Positions 54,332 to 64,000 of a stretch of 64,000 nt of DNA are shown in pieces. Every line of letters starts with the position of its first letter. Positions within the stretch are counted from its first letter, which is position 1. The translations under genes were made by a program, and so were the position numbers. The notes beneath the pieces were generated by a model that saw nothing but the letters and a program-made list of their open reading frames with translations, did no database searches and was not told the origin of the DNA. Source of the DNA: Eledone cirrhosa (Eukaryota); NCBI GenBank assembly GCA_964016885.1, contig OZ024743.1, forward strand, positions 104,842,001-104,906,000. The letters run 5' to 3'.

Positions 54332-56318
54332 GCATATATATATATATATGTATTTTTTTTTTATATATAAAAACTTAGACCATTGACAGTGTGCGCATAA
54401 ACGCACCTGCATCGTGTCGCATTTATGACAGTATTGTATAAGCTCAATGTACAAGAACAGAGCCGTTATATGTAAAACAAATCAAAGAACGCCTACATAC
54501 TCATACAATTTTTATTTGCTAACAATGTTTCATCCATACCATAGGGCAGGAATCATCAGAGCTTTAAAAATAAAATTACAATGCTGAGTATAGGCTCTAC
54601 CGAGCTTCGTCACATGACCATTAGAAATACAATAGACGGCAACCAGAGGGAGATCGGAAATGACCAATATTGAGAGAGTGCATAGTGGGGTTGTTATTTA
54701 GCACTACAGCTAAATGCAATGGTACAGGCAGATTTTCTTCAAGATGCAGAAGCACGTGAGGGCACACAATAGCAAAAAATATAAACAATAGTTAAAATAT
54801 ATAATAATAAAGTAAAAGGAAAGTAATAATATAAAGAGATAAACAAATTTAAAAAAAGAAAAAAGAAAAATTTTTTTAAGGCACACAAAAAACAGAAGAA
54901 GATATGCGTTGGTCACTATATATAACAGGTGATTTAGTTCTCCATAACTTAGAGTTATAGAAATACTAAAAGGCTCCCAAGGTACCTTCAGAAATCCCAA
55001 TTGGGATTTTATTCCTCCCCATAGTATACATAATCAAAGTATACTAGTAGGTTACGGAATTATGTGGACCATGGGTGCTATACCTGTATATATACATGCA
55101 CCACATAAATAAATACAGGCCAAACACAAGCAAGGGTTATTGCATGATCAAGCTAAAGCAAATGACATAACAAAAATGGTTAAGTCCCTAAAAAACACAC
55201 ATCTGGCGAGGAGTCACAACATATTCATATCTACCGAAGAGGCTATAAAGATAGTGGAGTATCAGTAGATAATAATACGGTCCAGGGTTTACAACATATG
55301 TAGATGGTCCTTAAAGTTCAAACCAGTCGGATTTAAACGATCACCAATACAAAACATCACATATAGTAACATGCAATACAGGTTGAATACATGCATAAAA
55401 CAAATCCCCACGTGTTCAAAATCCCAATCGTGAGGCACAATGTGTCCGAGTCGCAGCTCCGGATTCTGTACAACCAAATTCACCACACCTAATCCAGCCG
55501 CAATACATCAAGATAATGCCAGGTTAAGCGTAGCAGTAATACACTGTTGGCCAATACAGCACGTGGACTAACAATCTATACAAAATAGAAAATAACACAA
55601 AGTGCTCAAAGCAGTAAATCTACCAGGTACCCCAATATGTATATTAGGTGGGGATCATACCCAAATAGGCATATACCAATTATCTAAGACAGCTTACATA
55701 CCACGCGGAGATTTAGGAATTCTGGTCCATCAAAAATACTACTTCATTCTTCACCACCATGTGCAAAACACATCAATAAATGACGTGAAAGGCAGACACA
55801 CGTCACGTCTTCCTCACCGCTACGGGTATATACACATCATTTCATGACGTAGCATTTACATACGGAGTGTTACTCCCTCCAATCACCAAGTGACGACGTT
55901 ACAGTGGTAAAGAGGGGGGGGGGGACTAATCTAACGTGTTAACTATAAGGCTATTTAATTCGAACAGTCACCAGAAATTTAAATTTTATGTTCATCTTGT
56001 TTTGGCGTAGGACAGAACAAAGGAGAGGCACAAAACAAAGAAAAGAATCCCCACTAATTGAAGAGGTCACAGAATGTGTGACGAAAGAACTTTGACAATA
56101 TATGAACAACTGTCCGGTTGTGGAACCAACCAACCAACCGGAAATTGATAAAAATTTTTAAGAAATTTTTTTTGAAAACATTTTTTAATTTATAATAAAT
56201 TGGAGTGAAAGCAACTGGTGCGTGTGTTTCTTATTGCAACATGACCCTCCCAAAGTATAACAATATCGGTTTCAACACACGTTTTCAGATAAAGAATCTT
56301 GCTAAACAAATTCAGAAA

Positions 56319-56367
<49 letters not shown>

Positions 56368-56371
<4 letters not shown>

Positions 56372-56803
56372 ATCTGAGTTTTTCGAATATCAATAATAAT
56401 ATTCGATTTATTTGCAATTTGAATAAAGCAAAGCCGGCCATTAATCGCTCGTATACATAAAACTGACTGGTCTATCTGCTGATATACAAATCTGGCTGAT
56501 CAGTGGATCTGCTAATATACAGATCTGAATGATCAGCTAGTCTGCTAATATGCAAATTACGCTGATCAGTCACTGTATATTTAAGAAAAATATCATATAT
56601 TTTCACTAGCTCTGACAGTTGGCAGGTAAGCAGGAAACTGCACTAATGAAGGGTAAACATTAGTGTCGGTAGTTCTGTTTGCATGTCAACACAAGAGCGA
56701 GAATGAGGGGCTCATTCTACTGGCATGGCTTATAAAAGAGGATGTTTGCATAATTGCAAACGAGTCGAATATTATTATAAGTAATCGAAAAACTCAGATT
56801 ACA
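56368..56803. mobile_element. MITE-like element with TGT...ACA termini and TIRs of about 52 bp
   Basis: Both ends read TGTAATCTGAGTTTTTCGA..ATAATAATATTCGA..TTTGCAATT. Three internal repeats of about 33 bp. No clear TSD. Confidence 0.8.
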
Positions 56804-57212
56804 TTTATTGTATTCAGCCATGTAGAGCGATAACTGGTTGTTATATATATGTATATATATGTATATATGATGGACTCTCCCGTCGATATACGACGTATAC
56901 GACGCATGAGTGTCCAACAAAAGTTAAATGCGAGAAAGTGAACTGATGCTGAACTACCCACACAAAGTTTTGTTTTAAGTAGTGAAGGCTTGTATAGGAC
57001 CAACCACACTTTTTGGAACTGACGACACACATTTTCGGTGTAAATGTTTGCCACTGAAAATACAGCGAGAGATCTTCAGCTTTTTTATGCCTCGGAGTTT
57101 AACCTCTCCGTATATATATAAAAAAATACTATTTGGACGGCCGTTGACTCTGCTGAGTTCCTCCGCCTTTGCCGGGTCTTGTATTTCATCCCGCAGCGTG
57201 TCCAAATATCAC

Positions 57213-57278
<66 letters not shown>

Positions 57279-57528
57279 GACTAAATTTGGTGGTTTACCA
57301 CTGGGTAGAAAGAATTGGTCATTCTGCAATGTTAACCATGACGTATATGAGAAAAGCACTCGACGTTATACAACTCATCCATCTTTGATGTTGGATCATG
57401 TTGGTGGTGCGGGAACGGAGTCAAATGTATTATAAAGTAAAATGACATGAGGCCAAATATGTTGAATTTCCTTAATTATTTATTCCTGCAAACACTATGC
57501 ACATTTTAGTGGCCAGGTTGCGTAAGAA

Positions 57529-57888
57529 CTCACTCTTTAGCGTTTATCATCTTGCATATCTTCCTAATTCTGCAGAGGTTAAATAAGCTAAAAATCGTGT
57601 AGATCTTTTGTTGATGAAACTCATTTGCATACGGAGCGGTAGCTGGCCAGGCTTAAATTAAAAAAAAAATGTATTGGTGCTCCAGCCTAGCTTTATATCC
57701 ATATATTATACGTATTGTATATTGAATAATATACGAGATGTTTATGAAAAACATTTGAGAGTCTTTTGCTATTAATTTTTAAGCTGGTAACTAACGTCAC
57801 ATACCTAACCTCAGAAAATTAGTCTATCTTATTTTAATCTTCGCAGAAATAGGGAGATATGTAGTCTTGATAAACGCTAAAGAGCGAG
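57529..57888. mobile_element. MITE-like element with imperfect TIRs of about 60 bp
   Basis: ctc.ctctttagcgtttatca..catatct.ccta.ttctgc at both ends in inverted orientation. Confidence 0.7.
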
Positions 57889-58190
57889 AAATAACGCGTT
57901 GTGGATTACTTCCCCTTGCATTCCCAGACAAATATATTTTCATTTAGTGGGGCGGAGGATGATGGCTGTCGCTCTGAATTCAATTTCAGCTCTAGCATGT
58001 TTGGTAGTATATTTAATATGTCACCCGTTTAAACAATGGGTTGCTCTCAGTCACCCGTTTAAACCACGGGTTGCTTTCAGTGGAGTCCACTTTTTAAAAA
58101 GTATTGGGCCCTTTGAATCGCCACCTACTTCCACCAGCTTTAGAATTTCTTCAAACTGTCACAGGCATTGCTTTTCCTCCTGAGTGAACA

Positions 58191-58370
58191 TTGGCAGTAT
58201 CGGTAGAGGGTCGGACGCCAGGCTTTGACACAGAGTTACGGCCCTTGCCATTCTGAGTTCAAATCCCCCCGAGGTTAACTTTGCCTTTAATCCTTACGGG
58301 GTCGATAAAATAAAGTACCAGTAATGCACTGGGTAATTGCTGGCCTTGTGCCTAAAAGCAGAAACAATTA
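58191..58370 (+). mobile_element. SINE family A, young full copy
   Basis: Head, B box, core and tail all intact. Confidence 0.9.
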
Positions 58371-59188
58371 TATGAAAAATATACTATATATACGATTACT
58401 TCTGAAGTGAGGTAAACATCGGCAAAGAGTTGGCTACCCGCAGGTGTAAGCCTCACGAGCTGGAATGGCTCTTCCAGCACGTCCCTCTCACCATCCACCG
58501 GGGAAAAGCCTTCTCTATTCTATCCGAGGGGCGGCCAGCGTGTGGGCCCCCATTTGCTCTTAATAGTGAGAGATGGGTTGAGCGGGAGAGACGGGGAAAG
58601 TGACAGTGGGAGTTTGGTTCCTTTGTGTTCGGAGCTGGTGTATATGTATATATTTCACGGACGCACACTCACGCTGTCTGTATAGAGTTCCTTATTTCCC
58701 CCGTCTTTGACAATACTACCCCGCTCCAGAAGCAAACTAGACGACTTTATGCAGTAAACTATATAAATAGCTTTTTCATTGTTTGTAATATTTCTTTCTA
58801 AATTTCTTCTATATCAAGACAGCGTTATTTATGAAAGAAAACAATATATAATACAACCATCTACTAAGTTCCCAACATACTAACTAGCCAGGTAACATAT
58901 TATTATAGTAACTAACTTAAATAGTAACGAAAAACAACACGAAAGATACAAAAAAAAAAAAAAATTTGCAAGTAAGAAACATTTCAACAAAAAGTAAACC
59001 AATAAATATGACAAGAACTAAATTTAAAAAGTTATATGAGAGAGAGAAAGAGAGAGAGAGAGAGAGATGGAGGAAAGAAAGGGGATAAGTGAGAGGGAGG
59101 AAGAAAACAGGAGAGGGTAAAAGTACGTTATCTATCTATCTATTTGTATATGTGTGTACGTTAGTGTATTTATGCATTTATGTATATG

Positions 59189-59250
<62 letters not shown>

Positions 59251-59340
59251 CATATATATATATATATATACAAAGACACAACACACACACGCACATATAT
59301 ATACATGTGTATATATGTATACGCATATATATGTGTGTAT

Positions 59341-59390
<50 letters not shown>

Positions 59391-59744
59391 CCATGCATGT
59401 ATACATATTTATCTGTATATATACATATATTTATACATACATATACATTTATATAGAAAGTGAGAGCGAAAGAAATCAAATATGTATGTATAAAATGAAA
59501 TAAAATCTTAATATTTACAAAAAGCAGCAAAACACACACACAAACACAGACACATACACACACAAACACATACACACTCACACACAAACACAGACACACT
59601 CACACACAAACACAGACACATACACACACAAACACATACACACTCACATACAAACACACACTCATGTAGAGACACCCATACAGACACACACATACAAAGC
59701 GAAACAAGTTAACAAATGACAAAAAAAAGGAAATCAACAACTTC

Positions 59745-59787
<43 letters not shown>

Positions 59788-59899
59788 GAAATAACTAAAT
59801 ACAAAAGTCATTAACATTCAAAGCTTCATTAATTATTTTTTTTAAATTCTTTGAAATTTTGTTGTTTCGTTGATGATTTTTTTTAGTAAATAAATACAC

Positions 59900-60362
59900 A
59901 TACACATACATAGAAGTGCACAAGCACGCACACATACACACATATAACAATATATACATGCTCACATACGTACATACATACGTACGTACATACATACATG
60001 CAGACATACGTACGTACATACATACATACATACACACGTATATACATACATATGTACATACATACTTACATACGTATATACATACATACATACATACACA
60101 CATACATGCATAGATACATACATACACACACACACATACATACATACATACATACACACACACGTACATACATACGTACATGCATGCATACATACATACG
60201 TACATACATACGTACGTACATACATACACACGTACATGCTTACATACATACATACATACACACACATACATCCATACACACGTACATCCATACACACGTA
60301 CATACATACATACGTACGCACATACATGCATACATACATGCGTACGTACGTACATACGTACA
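59900..60362. repeat. (TACA/TACG)n tetranucleotide field
   Basis: Seen directly. Confidence 0.9.
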
Positions 60363-60985
60363 TGATGATGGCTGCCCCCTCGTTATCGAGTATGGCCATT
60401 GTACGATATACCATTATTAATAATTATTAATTAATTCTATTGTGCAATGCCTGTACGTGAAGATATTTTTAAAGTGAGGAAAGACTGTGCACTGAGCCAA
60501 TCCCACTCTCTGATTGACAGTAACTATAACCCGAAAAGAAGAAAAGATCAACATCATCGGTAACTATTGAGCTGCAGGTTTTATATCGGAGTTATCCCAG
60601 TTTCCTGAGTTGCCTTCTCCTAGAAGAATGCCCTGACAAAGGCTAGGGGTCCTTCACTCCCAGTGGTTTAACCGCGCGATCGGGTGTCCCGCTCGACTAT
60701 TTCTATGTCCCCGCGCATATACATATACATGCACTCATGTATATACACATATGCATATACATACTTATGTACATGTGTATATACATATTTACACACTTTT
60801 GGATGGCCGTTGACCCTTATGAGTTCTTCCGCCCTTTGTCAGGTTTTGTCCTGCAGGGTGTCCAAAATCACCCTCCTCCCCAAGTAAACTTGGTGGGGTT
60901 GCCGGTTTAGTCGCTGACGACCCGACCATGCAACAGGTTGTACTGGGTTACATGTTACCAGTAGCACCCAAGAGTGACCCGACAT
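60362..60985 (-). mobile_element. Non-autonomous RTE-derived element with internal insertion
   Basis: 3' part 60362-60665 and 5' part 60798-60985 match 39890-40500. A further fragment lies at 57130-57215. Confidence 0.75.
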
Positions 60986-61094
60986 AAACATACATACATA
61001 CATACATACATACAAACGTACGTACGTACGTACATACATGCATACATACACACATACACGAAACATTATCGATACAACAATTACCCCCCACACC

Positions 61095-61565
61095 CACATT
61101 ACAATAACTGCCACTGCCCCTACCATCACCACTACCACCACAACTTCTGCCACGACTACCACGACCATTACGACAACTACCACCACCACCACCACTACGA
61201 CCACCGCCGTCGCTGCCACCACCGCCACCGCCACCAACACAACCACTGCCACATCTACGACTACCGCCACTACCACGACCACGACCACCACTGCCACCGC
61301 CGCCGCCACCACCACCACCACCACCACCACCATCTACGACTACCGCCACGACCACCACTGCCACCGCCGCCGCCACCACCACCACCATCTACGACTACCG
61401 CCACGAGCACCGCTGCCACCACTACGACCAAAACCACCACAGCCACCACTGCCACATCTATGCCACATCTTTGACCACGACCACCACGACCTCGACCACG
61501 ACCACTTCCACCATCAATAACAACAACAGCAACAACCACCACAATAATAAGAATAACAACAATAG
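61095..61565. repeat. Degenerate (ACC/ACG/GCC)n trinucleotide field
   Basis: Seen directly. Confidence 0.9.
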
Positions 61566-61621
61566 TATCCCTATCAACAGTATCACCGCAACCACTAAGA
61601 AATCTCCAGTACCACAACAAA

Positions 61622-62289
61622 TCTCTATATATAAAACTGAGGTTGTCTGTCTGTCTGTCTGTCTACTAAAACCTTCGGCACACATCTCCTCTTAAACCGT
61701 ACGTTCAAATTTCGGTGAAATTGCTACACTTATAGATGAAGGTCCGGCGGAGTCATTGGTCAAAACAACATTTCAAATCGACCCACGTCAAGTATAAAAA
61801 TCGAATTTGTTATGTATTGATCTTTCAGTTCAAATGTATAAATAGAGATGAGAGACAAGTTATTTCCCTTTTATGGCGTCATTTGCTTATCTATTTATAT
61901 TACGTATAAACGACGCGGTGGACCGAGAAGAACAATTTCATGCAAAGACAAGACCAAGTTTATGGTGTAAATGGAGTCGTTAGACTAATATTCTATTTAA
62001 AATAACCGAATGATTTCCAGCTCCGGAGTTTAAGAATGATGTAAATAAAATTGTAAACGAAAATGACAGGTTATTAAAATAGTTGTTTCTACTTTTGGCA
62101 CAAGGCCAGCAATTACCCAGTACATTACTGGTACTTTATTTTATCGACCCCGTAAGGATGAAAGGCAAAGTTAACCTCGACGGGATTTTAACTTTGCCTT
62201 AACATAGTAAAAGTAAATAGTGAAGATTTAGGCCAGTACATACGTATGCGCCGACGAACATACACATACATATACATACGCACACACAA

Positions 62290-62325
<36 letters not shown>

Positions 62326-62777
62326 GCGCGTCGCGCGAGTGTTAGTAAACCTTATGCATTTCTACAGTATTTTCACCAAACTTAAGACATAGGTTACTTA
62401 TGTATTCCGGATGGTCATGGGCACTTTCATTTTCCCAGATATTGATTATAGGGCCTCCCTGCAGATAACCCCTTTTAACCACTTCCTTGGAGTCGACTGA
62501 AGCACTGCAGTGCAATGCAAAAAAAAGGTCATAACTTCTGGAGTTCGCAACCGATTTTCACAAAACTTGACACATGGGCTACGTTTGTTTTACAGATGAA
62601 TGTGAACTCTCAGAATTGGCACATATTGAGTAGGGGAGCCCTGGGGGCAGGAAACCCCTTTTGGAAAAACCGATGATTTTGTAAAAGTATAGTTTTCGAA
62701 GCAGCACTGAAGTATTGACATAAAAGGTATACATAACTGCTATTTAATACCCGAGCAACGCCGGGTACCTCTGCTAG
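61622..62777 (+). mobile_element. Non-autonomous Helitron containing a nested SINE
   Basis: A|TCTCTATATATAAAAC start with (GTCT)n; 3' hairpin TACCCG-AGCAACGC-CGGGTA then CTAG|T. SINE family A on the minus strand at about 62080-62190. Confidence 0.88.
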
Positions 62778-62889
62778 TATAATATATAACTAAAAATATA
62801 TAATAAAATAAACCATTTTACACCAGTAAAAACATATAGAACAAATATAAGACAAAATAAAGTTTTTAATCAAACAAAAATGAACAAAA

Positions 62890-63021
62890 TTTATTAAATA
62901 ACACATTAACACATAACAAGCATAAATACTCACACACATATATATTTATATGTACACGCATATATACGTATATATGTGTGTGTGTATATGTATATATACA
63001 TATGTATATGTACATCATATA

Positions 63022-63056
<35 letters not shown>

Positions 63057-63189
63057 GATGTACATATACATATGTATATATACATATACACACACACATA
63101 TATATATATATATATACGTATATATGCGTGTACATATAAATATATATGTGTGTGAGTATTTATGCTTGTTATGTGTTAATGTGTTATTT

Positions 63190-63196
<7 letters not shown>
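62890..63196. repeat. Palindrome with arms of about 150 bp centred on (TA)n
   Basis: ttattaaataacacattaacacataacaagcataaatactc... is mirrored by ...gagtatttatgcttgttatgtgttaatgtgttatttaataa. Confidence 0.9.
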
Positions 63197-63258
<62 letters not shown>

Positions 63259-63292
63259 TATATATATAGAGAGAGATAGATACAAATATATA

Positions 63293-63428
<136 letters not shown>

Positions 63429-63602
63429 ATGAATGATGTACACAAAAACTATTATGAAAATAAATAAAAACTAAAACAACTTATGAAAAAATCAAGAAAT
63501 CGAAGAAGGTGAAAAAGCTGAGGTGAGCAGCATGGCGTTGATGTTGATGTAAAAACAAAACCAAAAAGCAAACGAAAAACGAAATGGAATAAAATAAATG
63601 AT

Positions 63603-63654
<52 letters not shown>

Positions 63655-64000
63655 TAATAACGATAATAATGATATAAGGAAGAGAAGAAATCGAAACAGT
63701 GTTCAATTTACTTTCGAATTTAATTCCGAATGTTTAATTTTGTGAAGCAAAGAGTAGCAATTTTTTTTTGCTTATTTTTGCTTCGTTCTCTTTTAGTTTA
63801 TCGCTTTTAGCTATTTAAATTTGAAAATTGCATGCAGTTAACTACTATGTTAAATCTATCACTTTACTAACATGACTACCTCCTCCTTCCCCCCTCTCTC
63901 TCTTTCTAAATGAGGTCAGCGAAAGTAGGGGTGGTGGTGGTAGCATCTGTGATGACTTTTGAAGTGGCCCGCTACATGCATAAAGACTTTTCTTTGCTAT

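Noticed and set aside
58191-58270. tRNA-like A/B boxes
   Set aside because: They are SINE heads; there is no cloverleaf and they are always followed by the SINE core.
60839-61695. Mucin-like Thr-rich and His-rich ORFs (also 53512-53799)
   Set aside because: Degenerate trinucleotide repeats open in most frames, with no splice or domain evidence.

Overview
This is AT-rich, microsatellite-saturated metazoan non-coding DNA. The SINE families and repeat landscape most resemble an octopod cephalopod (Octopus); that is pattern recognition, not a database result. I found no host protein-coding exon. All recognisable coding sequence belongs to decayed retrotransposons: a near full-length Tx1/L1-clade LINE (11867-17650, -), a full-length RTE LINE (46167-49369, -), RTE-BovB and R4/Dong-like fragments, and two Penelope-like elements (PLEs; RT plus C-terminal GIY-YIG). 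The window also holds many tRNA-derived SINEs, a non-autonomous RTE derivative, two non-autonomous Helitrons, and hAT, piggyBac and unclassified MITEs. The main hidden signal is a set of about ten type-I hammerhead ribozyme (HHR) motifs from sequence-distinct PLE-like families. Several are minimal HHRs with a palindromic (dimer-type) stem III, and nearly all lie beside (TA)n or other microsatellite tracts. Many sit in fold-back (inverted-repeat) structures whose axis or breakpoint falls inside or next to the ribozyme (stem II, just 5' of stem I, or the cleavage site). This suggests the ribozyme fold itself determines where PLE inversions form. All folds were read by eye and need computational and biochemical confirmation.
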